From Heptranchias perlo (taxonomy: Eukaryota), in the NCBI RefSeq assembly GCF_035084215.1, contig NW_027138451.1, forward strand, positions 248,001 to 312,000: a stretch of 64,000 bases of DNA. The letters run 5' to 3'. Positions 11,101 through 24,075 of this stretch are shown piece after piece. The translations under genes and the position numbers were made by a program. The notes under the pieces are model-generated. The model was not told where the DNA came from and searched no databases. It saw only the letters and a list, made by a program, of their open reading frames with translations. The stretch's first letter is position 1. Each line of letters opens with the position of its first letter.

Positions 11101-11280
11101 AAGGTTAGAGAGTAATAAAGCAAGGACATAACATTAGATTTATAAATCATTTGCTTAGGCCAAAGTTGAAGATTGTGTCCAGTTTCGGTGCCTTAATTTA
11201 CGTAGGATGTCAAGGCCACGGAGAGGGGGCAGAAGAGATTCAACACGATTATGCAAAGGATGAGAGGCGTTAACTATGAG
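8130..11280 (+). mobile_element. Several degraded CR1 LINE ORF2 fragments
   Basis: RT motifs CLTNL..F, LDFQKTFD, QGSVLGP.L...YIN, WQINFN..KC, RRL.GD.I; 3' tail near 10850-10890. Confidence 0.88.
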
Positions 11281-11284
11281 AAGA

Positions 11285-11695
11285 ACATAACAACAACAAC
11301 TTGCATTAAAATAGCTCCTTTAACGGAGTAAAACCGTCACAAGGCGCTTCACAGTAACGTTAACAATCAAAATTTCACACCGAGCCGCATAAGGGATATT
11401 GGGACAAATGACCAAATGATTGCTCAAAGAGGTAGGTTTTAAGGAGCGTCTTAAAAAGGAGAGAGAGAATGAGAGAGGCGGAGTGGTTTAGCGAGGCAGT
11501 TCCAGAAATTAAGGCCTTGGCTGCTGAATGCACGGCCGCCAATTGTGCGGCAACGGAAATCGGGGATCGGCAAGAGGCCAGAATTCGTGGATCGCAAACA
11601 TTTCGGAGGGTTGTGGGGCTGGAGAAGGTTCCAGAGAAAGCGGGGGGAGGGGCGATGCTATGGAGTGATTTGTAAACAAGGTTGAGAATTGTAGG
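11285..11695 (-). mobile_element. L2-type LINE 3' end
   Basis: (CAA)n tail and reverse-complement similarity to the 3' end of the element at 22430-23545. Confidence 0.75.
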
Positions 11696-11789
11696 ATCGG
11701 TGGGTTGGGAACGGAGACAAACGTGGGCTCTTTTCTTGAGATCGAGAAAGTTAAGAGGCAGTAAAGTTTTAAGTGTTTTCGATAAGCTA

Positions 11790-12040
11790 AATTGAGAGAA
11801 ACTATTTGCCGTGGTTGATAACAGGCGGGTATAAGTTTAAATGGAGATAAACGATTTGCCGTGGTTGATAACTAGTGGGTATTAGTTTAAATGGAGAGAA
11901 ACTATTTACCGTGGGTTATAACTAGTGGCTATTAGTTTAAATGGAGAAAAACTATTTACCGTGGGTTATAACTAGTGGGTATAAGTTTAAAGGGAGAAAA
12001 ACCATTTACCGTGGTTGAAAACTAGTGGGTATAAGTTTCA
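11790..12040. repeat. About 50-bp tandem repeat (5 copies) derived from CR1 sequence
   Basis: TTTAAATGGAGA...TATTTACCGTGG.TTATAACTAGTGGGTAT recurs at 11836, 11886 and 11936. Confidence 0.85.
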
Positions 12041-13127
12041 GATCATCAGCCAAAGATGAATGGAGATATTAGTAGATTTATTTTTATTATGGAGAGGGCT
12101 GTTAGGACACAGAACCTCCTACCAAAAACAAAAAAACAATGCTGTTTGCAGAATCATAGTATCATTGGAGGTACAGCACAGGCCGGAGGCCATTCGGACC
12201 ATTGTGCCTCTGCTCGCTCTTTGAAAGAGCTACCCAATTAGTCCCACTCACCTGCTCTTTCCCCATGGCCCTGTAAATTAGTTTTAAATAGGAAGTAGGC
12301 AAATATTTGAGAAACAAGGTATCGGGAAAGAAGAGGCGAATGGAACTGCGCACATCCGGCCCCTGATTATAGGTCCCTTCAGGTGAATAGATATAAAATC
12401 ACAAGCCAAGCCAGGAATGTACAATTTCCCCATGTACACTCCCGCCGTGCGGCCTGGGCGGGCCCAGCGGAGTTTCTACTGCTAAGCGGATAGCTCTGAC
12501 ACAGAGCCCGCAGTGTCGCGATGGGCCGAAAGAATCCTTCTGTGCTGTAAAATATTTTAATTCGATCCCTCCCTCACCTGACATTACCAAAACCATTGCT
12601 GTCTCTGACCTCTGATGTTACAAACTCGTTGCTGCAATCGTCTAGAAATCCAAACAACTCCTTCCTTAAGAAACGCCGGTTGCAAAATATTCCTCGGTAA
12701 AGTGACGACATGAAACTGCTCCATCCCCAGGAAAATTAAAGCATGTTACTGGTAACAATAATCGATGTACATTTAATATCTGACTGTCACTACACACCAC
12801 TGCACAGTATCGATATTTTTTCGCATAGCACATTGATCATTATTCACTCCGAAATTAACAAGTGATAAGAACATTATTTGAATGTTCGTTCATGACCGGA
12901 ACTCATTTATCCCAACACGCCCACTGTAATATCAGCTCATTTAAACCCAGCTTCAATGCATCCATGTGTGTTAAATTTGGCGGTGTCCGTGGCTGCGAGC
13001 AACGTGATATTGACTAGATAATCTGTTTTCGGTGTTGGTTGGGGAATAAGTATTGACCAGGACTCGATATAAACGGTTTAATTGTCATTATAGAAGCGAG
13101 TAAGACTTTCTTTTTTAATTTTCTCAG

Positions 13128-13445
13128 TAAAACGTACTCCACCGATCATCAGTCTCCTCTACTCTGCAAGTGACGAACTGACAGCAAAAGGTTTTGTGCA
13201 TCTGGTTTGCCTCATCAGCGAATATCAGCCAGAAAGCATTGCAGTGAGCTGGCAGAAGAACGGGAACGCTGTACAATCGGGCTTTACAACCACATCCCCA
13301 ATTAAAAATTTGAATGGAGATTTCAGCTCCAGGAGCATCCTTAAAGTCACCCTGCAGGATTGGAACAGCGGGTCTCTTTACAGCTGCCAAGTGTCCCATT
13401 CTGCAACCAACAGTAACCAGCGGAAAGACATTAGAAAAACATCAG
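13128..13445 (+). CDS. IgNAR: IgNAR constant exon C1
   Basis: VKRTPPIISLLYS...VHLVCLISEYQPESIAVSWQKN...YSCQVSHSATNSNQRKDIRKTS; AG acceptor at 13126-13127, GT donor at 13446; 318 nt, open. Confidence 0.95.
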
Positions 13446-14174
13446 GTGAGAAAATGCAACCAATTCACAAGCTTGCACAGGTGAAACATGTTGACTTTCT
13501 TTCTCAGTATTGGATTAGTTGGGATGTTATTGTGATAATTTATCTGTGCCAGTTTATGGTGCAGTGAGACAGTAAAGATCATTGGGGATGTTTCAGCAGC
13601 AATGGCTGAGGTTCCTGAAGGTGCTCGCTGCCGGGCGGATGTTGCAAAAGGCATGACTATGAGATCTTGACAAATACATGAATATTATTCTATGGTCAGG
13701 GTAACACATTGATCAGCTCTTTCATGATATTGCAAGCAATTTACAAATAATTGTGATACATTCACCAGATCAATCCAGGTGAAACAGAAAGGAAACAGAA
13801 CAGAAATGTATGTTTTACACACAAGGGATCAAACTTTAACAATGCGGTTCTGTTACTTTTTACATTTGTGAGGATTTATTGTGTGTGATACTGGGTATCA
13901 GTACAAAAATGTGTTTAAAAAAATGAAACGGGTGAGAGACGGACGGAGATAGAAACGAGAAAGGCAGAGAGAGAGATGGACAGAGAGGGGGTGCTGTATA
14001 AAGATTGAACCTACAGATACGGACACAAAACCAACAATGAGCTGTTCTTCCTTTCAAAGATTTTGTTTAAACGATACGGGTAAGGGCCGGGGAATACGAC
14101 TAAGTGGATAGCACATTCAGAGAGCCAGCAGACACGATGAACCGAATGGCCTTCTGAGCTGTCGAATTCATTCA

Positions 14175-14610
14175 ATCTTTCTCTCTTTCTTTGTCTCCCT
14201 CTCTCTCTCTCTCTCTCTGTCTGTCTGTCTCTCTCTGTGCCTCTCTCTCTCTGTTTGTATCTCTCTCTCCCTCTGGTGTCTCCCTATATCTGTCTCTCTC
14301 TATTTGTCCCTCTCTGTCTCTCTCTGTTCCTTTCTCTCTCTCTCTGTCCCCCTTTCTCCGTCTTTCTCTGTCTTTTTCTCTGTCCCTATTTCTCTTTCTA
14401 TATATATATATATATATATATATATTTCTCTCCCACCCTGTCTCTCTGTAACTGTCGTCCTGCCTCTCAGTTTTTCTTTTTCCCTGTCCTACTCTCTCTC
14501 TGATTCTCTCCATCAGTCCCTTTCTCTGCCTCTCTCCCTATCTGTCTGTCACGCTCTGTCTCTCTATGTCCCTCTCTCGCTCTATGTCTTTGTTTCTCTC
14601 TCTCTCTCTT
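14175..14610. repeat. (CT)n/(TA)n low-complexity microsatellite
   Basis: Pyrimidine-rich dinucleotide tract with an internal (TA)n run. Confidence 0.95.
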
Positions 14611-14821
14611 AGCTTCGTTGAGTTGTACATAGTTTTGATTCGACTCAACATACGCGCAAACACCAAATTATTTTTAAAAATTCAATAATAATCAGTGAGA
14701 GACATATTCACATCATACCGTGTTATGGATTATCAATGAAATTGAAATCCTTGATAAATTTCCGAAACCATCAACACTAAATCATCGCCCCGATTCTGAA
14801 TCTCTCGTTTCTCACTGACAG

Positions 14822-15124
14822 AGCTCACGGTATTTCTCAGAGATCCTTCCGTTGTCGAAGTTTGGATCAATAAAACTGCCACCCTGGTGTGTGAAGTGGT
14901 CTCTCCGGTTCCCACTGAGGTTACCATCTCTTGGACAGTGGGTGGAAAGATAAGGAATGAAGGAGTTCAAATTGAACCAGCTAAAAAGGATGGAAACCAG
15001 TACCTGACAATCAGCCACTTGACCAGCAGCGTGGCAGAGTGGGATAGCGGGGTTGAATACTCGTGTTCTGCACAACAGGGTCAATCATCTCCTCCGGTAT
15101 TAAAACGAATCGGAAAGATAAGAG
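14822..15124 (+). CDS. IgNAR: IgNAR constant exon C2
   Basis: ELTVFLRDPSVVEVWINKTATLVCEV...RNEGVQIEP...YLTISHLTSSVAEWDSGVEYSCSAQ; canonical splice sites; 303 nt. Confidence 0.95.
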
Positions 15125-15200
15125 GTGGGTAAAATATCTATAGACATGTCTTCGAATGGCAATGGATGGAACACTAACACTTATTGAACTTCCGTTACAG

Positions 15201-15518
15201 TCGAGCCAGTCAAACCAAAGCTCCGCCTCCTTCCTCCATCACCAGAGGAGAGTCAAAGTAGGAGCGCCCCGACTCTCACATGTCTGATAACAGGATTCTA
15301 CCCTGACAACATAATCGTTTCCTGGGAGAAGGACGGAGCTGCTTTAAGCACGAACGTTACCAGTTTCCCCAGTGCTCTTGAACAGGACCTAACCTTCAGC
15401 ACAAGGAGCAACCTCATTTTGCCTTCAGAGGAATGGAAGAAAGGATCAAGATACACCTGTATCGCCTCACATCCCCCTTCACAATCCGACGTGAAGGCGA
15501 CCATCCGCAATCTGAAAG
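15201..15518 (+). CDS. IgNAR: IgNAR constant exon C3
   Basis: VEPVKPKLRLLPPSPEE...TLTCLITGFYPDNIIVSWEKD...EQDLTFSTRS...YTCIASHPPSQS; follows C2 after a 76-bp intron; 318 nt. Confidence 0.95.
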
Positions 15519-18500
15519 GTACGGACCGTTTTTCAAAATACATTTACACAATCAGTGATTTTTACTTAAATCTCAGACCAAACTCGTACCACACACGCAC
15601 TTGTGATCGGATCCCCATAGGTTACAGGTATAGCAAAATATATGGATATCAATGAATGCGCCTTTAATTCACAGACAGCAATTGGACGATAAAATGATCA
15701 GCACTCTGAATATGTTCGCCGCCACAAGCTATGTGAGGACCCAATGGTAAGAAGGGGCACGTTAAGGATCTCTTCAACCTCACTGCACGGTACCCTGGTG
15801 ATTGTGGGCTTTCTTTAAACAGCAATATGCAGTAGCTAAAGACACTAAATCCACTTATCACCAGGCAGAGTGTTCCATACTATGTGGGGAGAAGACTTTG
15901 AGTGGCGTTTACTTCACTCTGCACTGCCTGGTTTAGGTTTAGCTGGACACTGAGTGGTTGCCAGCAGCGAATTTAAAGACAAAAAAGCAGCTAGTACTCA
16001 GGGGACGCAACCAATTGATGTGAGGAACTTTGTACATTTCATGTTTTCAAAGCTTCTGAACCGCCAGCGCTAAACGTCAGAGGAGACAGAAAGGTGTCAA
16101 TTGACTGAACTCAATGATGTGACCTTCTGTTTCAATGAGTGTAAACTCCGCTCGTGTGATGAGTTTGTTTCATCTCTAATTGTTTTTTTCGATCAAATTG
16201 AAGAGTTTGCACAATAACCGGCCCAGCACCACCGTGCTAGGCGTGGAGAATCGTTCAAACCTCTGTCGATCTTAGGTTGGTTCCCCGATTACTGCTGAGT
16301 TCGTTGATCTCACCTGGTGGCGTTCGGGACCTTATAATCGAGCTTAGTGGCCCGCGATTCGTGAGGTGGCAATAGCGCATTGTTCTGCTCCTGGTCTCTG
16401 GTAAGTGCGTGTATGGTCATTCTGGGAACAACAAGATAGGAGTTGCCTGCGATGCCCTGACGATACAATAGCCTACTGATACTGCGTATGAGCACTCGCG
16501 AAGTATCGACCCCTGAGAATTGGATGAGGTACCGGACGTCGACCTATAGTTCACATACACGAGTGAGGAAAAGAGAGGATATAATAGCAAACCCGGCAAT
16601 TAGACTCAAACTCGAGCTCCTCCGATTGGTAAGCTCCTGTACACTAGAATGGCCCTGTACAGTAAGAAGGTGCTGTGTTTCACCCCCGGATCTTCACTGA
16701 GTTAACTGATCTCAACTGGTATCTTTTTGGAAGTTCCGGTGGACTACGCACATCCGGGTTACTGTGGAGAAACCCGTTCTTGTCTCTTACTCGGTTCGGG
16801 GGAGACCTTGTTGAAGTCGGGGTGTTTACACCTCTGCTGAGGGCAGGATTGGACGGGGCTTTGCTGCTTTCACTGTAGAGTAGGCTGTTGATGCGCAGTC
16901 TTTCTGCTGATTCACGAAGAATGGCCACTTGAGAGATACTCAAGGCGACCTTCTCCAGTGAAGCTTGTACCGGAGTAGCAATAAAAACAGACATTTATAT
17001 ATCATCTTTAAGCGCCTCATACCATTTCACAGAGTTGTAAGGAAAACATAACCAAGTTAAATAAGGGAAGATTATGAGGCGTGACCAAAAATCTTGCTGG
17101 GTTTGAAGGAGGGTCTTAAAGTGGGAGCAGGAGGGGGAGAGGCGGGGAGGATTAGGTCGGAAAGTCCAGCGCGAGACCTGGGATCTAATCAAGGTATCAC
17201 CACCTTCCTTATGAATGAAAAAGTGTTGTCCGTTTTGTTATTTCTTGTCCTATTCCCGGATCAGTGGAGTTCCACAGAATGATCAGCGGACTGAAGTTCA
17301 TACAACACCGACATGGTTTATTTCAGCCACTCAGTGAATGAGAGTCAAAGTAAAAGATCATCGTTACAGCTACAAACGCCACACTTGTTGCTGCTATAAG
17401 AGCTTCCTTACGTTTTCACTCAATCTTTGGCTCCCTCAGATATCAAGGTTAAGTCCCTGAATTATCCCTTTTGGTTATCGCTCGCTTCTGACTACTCCAA
17501 AAACGGTCTTTTTTTGATAAATTTGAAAATGTCAGTTGACTTTTCAGTGGATTATTCCATGAAAGCAGCAGCGGATCGACGCTAGAATCTTGTAGAGAAG
17601 TACAAATAATTACCATCCTGGAAAGCCGGCTCCATTAACCGAGAGTACAAAGGCCATTTTCCAGCGGTTGCCCAATTTATTATTAAATCTTCGATCATTC
17701 GTACTCTGCACAGACCCAGAAAGTTGATATTTCATATGTCCCCTGAATATCCAAGTGCATTTAGGTGTCTACTCAAATAGTGGCGGCATAAAGCCTAATG
17801 TGGACTTCCCAGAACAATGGTTTGTACAAATTTCACTCCATTTTCACTGGGATTGTTAGACGATCATTAATAATATCCTGTAAAACGTACAGCAGAATTT
17901 TCCTCCAGTTCTGCTGCTCTGTAAACTGTTACACGATTCTCCCTGTTTGGGTTTGGTTCTAATTTTCCAATGTGGCATCGTATTGCCCTCAGGTAGAAGC
18001 CATGCATTAACAGACTTTTAAAATACCAGGAGGCGTCTGGGATGCTTCCTTACTTCGTTCGTTGGGAATCCAGGAATATATCCCAATTAGTACAGTTAAA
18101 ATTAAAACTAAACCGAGTATGTTGTAAATCAGAAATTAGAACAGAAAGTGCGAGAAAAACAGAGCAGGCCCTTCAGAATCTGTAAAGATAGATGGTGTTG
18201 TATGATCCTTACTGAGAACTGAAACCACTCTCTGGAACTGTCTGACCTCCTCAGCCCCACGCTGTCCTTTCTGTGTAGAGATGCCTCAAAGTTGCTGACT
18301 ATTTGCAGCATTTCCTGTTGTTATTAACGATATTATCCCGTCGGGTCTGCTCATCCAATGCGAATCAAATGCTGTTACTTCCTTTGTAGCACACACTTTT
18401 TTCGCCTTTTAGTATATTACAGATCCCAGGTCGATCTTCCCCGAAACTAAAGTCGCCCATTGTCTTCATTTTAGAAGACTGAGGTGAAGATCTCATTGTT

Positions 18501-19947
18501 GCAATCAGACCATTTCCTTCAGGTGGAATTTCTGCTGCTTGTTGCTTCCAAATACCCCTGTGTTGAAACTCAGTTTACTGCTTCAACTTATGGAGATGAT
18601 TCACCTTGTTACAACCAATCATCTATTTTCTTCTTACCCTCCTATCATTTCATTTTACTGTTAAAGGATGGTCATTTTTGGAAATGAGGATATTGCACAA
18701 ACCCCTTCAGATAAGAGTGACCTAGTAACACACACTGTGAAATAAACCGCACTCATTTTATGAAAGGACGATAACCTACTGTGATTAAATCAGAGATCCC
18801 AGTAGACAAGTATATAGTCATATCTGAGAAGGTGGAAGGAGAGAGAATGGAAGTGATTGTAATCAGTCCGGTAACAGTTTTTATAACACTCCCCTCTGGA
18901 GCATTGGCATCATTGAGAGAAATGGAGCAATTTTAGTGTAAGATTACAAAACAGAGTTACAATATTGGACATGTGCAATGGGCCCGTCACTTTGGTCCAC
19001 TGTGGGGCGTTGGAAAGTTCAGAGTTGAAATCCCAGGTGAATATAATGAAGGCGGAGTCTATAATTTTCAGGGCAATACATTAAGCTTTTATCGAGAACG
19101 CGGTGGGAGGATTCCTTAAGATTGTATCTCATGCATAAAGTAACGATTTCGACGCTCAGAGTGGCTCTTTTACTTTAAAACTGAAGGCATGCTCTCCCAC
19201 TTTCTGGTAGTACTTCCGTTCCTGCTCTCAAGGTACGGATACTAGAGAAAACCTTCCCACTGTTACTAGTGTAGATATAGAGCAGGACTGGACCAGGTAT
19301 ATCATCGTGAAATCATAGAATTCCTCACTTTACACTCTTCAAACGATGCCTCTTAAAACTCAACCTTCCAAAAGCGCTCCCTCCTCGGTCTGATTGGCAG
19401 TTTGTATTTCTCTACACTGTCTACCTTCTCTAAGTGAGAGAGCAAAATCGGTGCCAAATGACGCAGAACATCCGCAGATTGGTGCTGAGGGCACGTTTGC
19501 TTTCGCCGTTGATTTGATTGGTCGGTCCGAGACAATCTCATTTCAGACCCAAGCTTTCGAACTGGAAAAGAGAGGACCTTTATATGAGGTGTATTGGAAC
19601 CCGCTACATACAGGCCACAGGGCAGCGTTTGACCTCCAGCATCAGTCAGTCTGAAGGGTGAAGGCTTGCATCACCAGAGCGGGCAAAAAGAGGTCCCCAT
19701 TTTAAAACAGTCAGTTCTCGAATAGTGGAATGTTGGGATATATTGTGGAGGAAATCATTCAATGAAGCCAGAGGGACGGAAACAACGAGCCCAGATGGGC
19801 TCTGTCTTATTAGCTCAGCAGAAATAAGCTGAGAAAACTCATAACGGCCGACAGTAAGTATGATTTAACTTTTTGAATATGTTGCAGTCGTTATTACCCG
19901 TGGTTTCAACATGACACTTTGAAATTACCATTCCCTCTTCTTTCCAG

Positions 19948-20268
19948 AAGTATGTCATGGGACAGACATTTCTGTCAGCATACTGAACCCTTCTTTTGAA
20001 GAGATCTGGACCAAACGAACAGCGACCATTGTTTGTGAAGTCGTTTATAGCGATTTAGAAAACGTCAGCGTGTCCTGGCAAGTGGATGGGAGTCGGAGAA
20101 CGGAAGGAGTGGAGACTCAGGCTCCTGAGTGGAATGGAAGTAAATCCACAATCGTTAGTAAACTGAAAGTCACCACGACAGAGTGGGGCAGTGGGGTTGA
20201 ATATTTGTGCTTTGTGGAAGACGGTGAATTGCCAACACCAGTGAAAATCTCCACCAGAAAAGTAAAGG
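19948..20268 (+). CDS. IgNAR: IgNAR constant exon C4 (with N-terminal inter-chain Cys)
   Basis: EVCHGTDISVSILNPSFEEIWTKRTATIVCEVVYSDLENVSVSWQVDG...EYLCFVEDGELPTPVK; canonical splice sites; 321 nt. Confidence 0.95.
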
Positions 20269-20329
20269 GTAAGCACAGATAATATTCGTTCAGAGACTGA
20301 CCCTACTCCATCAATGGTCGTTAAAGATC

Positions 20330-21050
20330 ATTCATTTTCTACAATAAGGATAGTGATAGACTTCAAGATGATATAGACAGGCTGGTGGAATGGGCGGACA
20401 CATGGCAGATGAAATTCAACGCAGAAAAGTGTGAATTGATACATTTCGGTAGGAAGAAAGAGGAGAGGCAATATAAATTAAAGGGTACATTTCTAAAAGG
20501 GGAACAGGAACAGAGAGACCTGGGGGTATATCTGTCTAAATCGTTGAAGGTGGCAGAGATAGTTGAGAAAAAGATTAATAAAGCATACAGGAAACTGGGC
20601 TTTATAAATAGAGGTAGACAGTACAAAAGCAAGGAGGTTATGATGAATCTTTATAAAACACTGGTTCGGTCACAAATGGAGTAATGTGTCCAGTTCTGAG
20701 CACCGCGCTTTAGGAAGGATGTGAAGGCCTTGGAAGGAGTGCAGAAGAGATTTAATGGAATGGTTCCAGGGATGAGGGGCTTCGGTTACGTGGTTGGACT
20801 GGAGATGCTGGGGCTGTTCTCCTTAGAACAGAGAAGGTTATGAGGATATTTGATAGAGGTATTCAAAATCATGAAGGACCTAAACAGTGTCGATAGAGAG
20901 AGACTGTTCCCATTGGCTGAAGGGTCAAGAAGCAAAGGACATAAATTTTCAGGGCTACGGGGATAGGGCATGGGAGTGGGACTAGCTGGATTGCTCTTAC
21001 AGAGAGCCGGCACGGACTCGACGGGCCGTAACCATTCTATGATATCATGA
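20330..21050 (+). mobile_element. 5'-truncated CR1 LINE in the C4-C5 intron
   Basis: WADTWQMKFNAEKCELIHFG...LYKTLVR; CR1 3' UTR. Confidence 0.9.
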
Positions 21051-21396
21051 AATGCTCGTATAATTAGTGAAACATAATCCGGGATCCTGCCATTCACCCA
21101 ACGGGTAAAGAATAGCGAGACAATTGCATGCGGTTTGAAACTGTTGTGTCCCAACAGATTCAATGTTATCCAAATATGAGATTCTCTCCAACTCTTTGCA
21201 AGCTAACATTAGGTCACAATGAAAACCACCAAAAGAAAGAACATTAAAGAAATCCATGGCCCCGCAGTGGGATGTGTAAACTTTCTCAGATAACAATTCC
21301 AAATGTCCAAACGCGCATATTACCAGCAGACGGGAATGCGAAGTGAAGAAAGGACAAGAGACAGACTCAGTTTAACAAATATTGTTCTCTTTCCAG

Positions 21397-21770
21397 TTGA
21401 CGGAATGTATCCTCCGAAAGTCTACGTCCTGCCTCCATCAGCGGTCGAGATTGAAACTGAGAAGACGGCAACCCTGGTGTGTTTAGCAACCGGCTTTTAC
21501 CCTGCCGAGATTTACGTCGCGTGGTTGGCCAATGACACCCTTTTGGATTCAGGTTACACCACCCAACCGGACACGGAGAAGGAAAGTGGTTCCAGCTCCA
21601 TTGTCAGCAGACTGAGAGTCACCGCAGCGGAGTGGAACAGCGGGACCACTTACTCCTGTTTAGTGGGACACCCGTCTCTCACAATGAATTTACACAGAAG
21701 TATAAATAAATCTTACGGTAAACCTATTTTAGTTAATTTTCCATTTATTCTAGCCGACAGTTTTCAATAG
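21397..21770 (+). CDS. IgNAR: IgNAR constant exon C5 plus secretory tail; internal donor after 21717 used for the membrane form
   Basis: VDGMYPPKVYVLPPS...TLVCLATGFYPAEIYVAW...YSCLVGHPSL...INKSY|GKPILVNFPFILADSFQ*; cryptic donor G|GTAAAC at 21718. Confidence 0.95.
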
Positions 21771-22096
21771 TGTACATAACCCCCCGTGGTTCAATAGCTT
21801 TTTTCTATAGAAGTGTTAGGGCTGTTATGTTCGAGCATCTGAGTCAGCGCGTCTCCCATTTATCGTGCGTCACAGTCACCGTCCAGTTCAGCTAACCATT
21901 GTTTAGATATTTCGCAAATCTGTGAAACTATATCAGTGAATGAAGGATAATTACGGTTAGAATCCGATAACGGTGAATAACCTTAATACCGCTTTATACA
22001 AGTTGCAATATTTTTGAAGATTCTTTGAAGGGTTTCGTGACGTTATTGGATAAACTGGAAATTATGCTTTCGTATGTATGTGTCTCCGCAAATTAC

Positions 22097-22102
22097 AATA
22101 AA
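22097..22102 (+). terminator. Polyadenylation signal of the secretory IgNAR mRNA
   Basis: AATAAA about 330 bp after the stop, followed by a GT-rich downstream element (ttcgttgtttgtgtgcgtg). Confidence 0.75.
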
Positions 22103-22429
22103 TGCAGAATGAAAACCTCCTGACTTCCCGATTCGTTGTTTGTGTGCGTGTTATCTTCGAGATGATGGTTTAAGCCTTGATCCAGAAATCTATGGTGTCC
22201 ATTGTCTAATATTCCACCTGTGCAACACGTTTCCATTCCCCAACTTTTTACAAACACTCGTGATGCTTTTAATCAGGTTACATTCATTCTCATCATAATT
22301 AGAGTCTTCAGGGGCTGCTGTGGTTTACAATTAACCCATGAGGTATCAACCTGTGAATGGAATTAATAAAGGTCGACAAACATCCGGTCACCCTTTAGAA
22401 CGACAATTATTCACCAAGACTGGTAATTG

Positions 22430-23545
22430 CCTGGTTGCATTCTTATCTATCCAGTCATAGCTTGGGCATCTCCTGCAATGACTTCTCTTCCCGCTCCCAC
22501 ATCGTTACCTCTGGAGTCCCCCAAGGATTTAAATTTGGAAACTGCTATTTCTCATCTTCTGCTGCCCCTTGTCCACATCATTCGAAAACAAAATGTTTGA
22601 TGCTTCATGTGTGCTGACGACACCCAACTGTAACTCACTAGCACCACTCTCGAGCCCTCCACTGTCTCTCATTTGTCACACTGCTTATCCGACATCCAGT
22701 ACTAGATCCGCAGAAATGTCCTCAAATTAAATATTGGGAAGACCAAAGCCATTGTCTTTGGCCTCTACCACCAACTCTGTTCCCTAGTAACCGACTCCAC
22801 CTCTCTACCTGCCCACTGTCTGAGGCTGAAGTACACTGTTTGCAACCTCGAGTTCCTAATTGACCCTGAGCTGAGTTTCCGACCCCAGATACTCTCCTTC
22901 ATCATGACCGTCTACTTCCACCTCAATAACGTCGGCCGTCTCTGCCCCTACTCTCATCCATGCATTTGTTACCTCCTGACTTGGCTACTCCAATGTTATC
23001 CTGGCCGGCCTCCAATCTTCCATTGTCCGTAATCTTGACATCATCCAAAACTCTGCTGCCCGTATTATAACTCACAACAATTTCAGTTCCTCCATCACCC
23101 CTGTGTTCGGGGAACTACATTGGCTCCGGGTCTGGCAATGCCTCAATTTTAATATTCTTATCCTCTTGTCCTAATCCCACCGTAGCCACGCCCCTCCCTA
23201 CCTCTGTAACCTCCTCCAGCCCTAGAACCCTCCGAGATCTCTGCGATCTTCCATTTCTGGCCTCTTGTGCATTCCCGATTTTCACCTCTCCACCGCTGGC
23301 GGACGTTCCTTCATCTGCCTTGGCCCTAACTTCGGAAATTCTCTCGCTAAACCTCTGCGACTCTCCAACTCTCTCTCCTTTTAGACCCTCTGTAAACCTG
23401 CCTCTTTATCCAAGCATTTGGTTACCTGTCCTAATATCTTCTTATGTGGCTTGGTATCAAATTTTGTCTGATTGCGCTCATGTGAAGCGCCTTGGGACGT
23501 TTTACTGCGTTAAAGGCGCTATATAAATGAACTTGTTATTGTTCT
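22430..23545 (+). mobile_element. L2-type LINE 3' fragment
   Basis: SGVPQG, (Y)ADDTQL-like and IQNSAAR...LHWL motifs; 3' end AAAGGCGCTATATAAAT...(TTG)n. Confidence 0.85.
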
Positions 23546-23609
23546 TATATTGAGCTATTAATCCATGCCATTGTAAAAGGTTTCATTGACTTTGGAACTA
23601 TCCTCTTGT

Positions 23610-24075
23610 CAGTGTCGTGTCATCTTGGATCATTGACAGCTCTCTGGCTTCTGAATTCGAAGATTGTGGGTTCAAGCTCCTCTCCAGGACTTCGGCCCAT
23701 AATCTAGGCTAACACTCCAGCACAATAATCATGGGGGTGCCGCATTGTCGAAGGTGTGGTGTTTCGGATGAGACGCTTCTCCTGGGCGCCGTCCGACTGT
23801 TCAAGTGGGTGTTAAAGATCCCATGGGAGAATGAAGGAGCAGCGAGCTCTCCCGGAGTGTGGGACCCGTATTCCATCCTGAACCTACACGATATATAAAA
23901 CAGACTAAGCGTCCCATTAACGACAGTGATGCTCTTAGGTCCTTGTTATGGGTTGATTGGCTGCGGGGTTGTTTATAAAAGTAACAGCGATTACACTTTA
24001 AAAAGTAATTATTTGGTTGTGAAACTTTTGGGACCTCCTGTGGGGGTGAAAGGCGATCTATGAAGTGGAACCATT
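23610..24075 (+). mobile_element. tRNA-derived SINE with L2-like tail
   Basis: B-box-like GTGGGTTCAAGC head; tail TGTGAAAC.TTTGGGAC...GTGAAAGGCG shared with the adjacent L2 3' end. Confidence 0.65.

Noticed and set aside
14172-14612. RE-rich and SL-rich ORFs
   Set aside because: These are translations of a (CT)n microsatellite.
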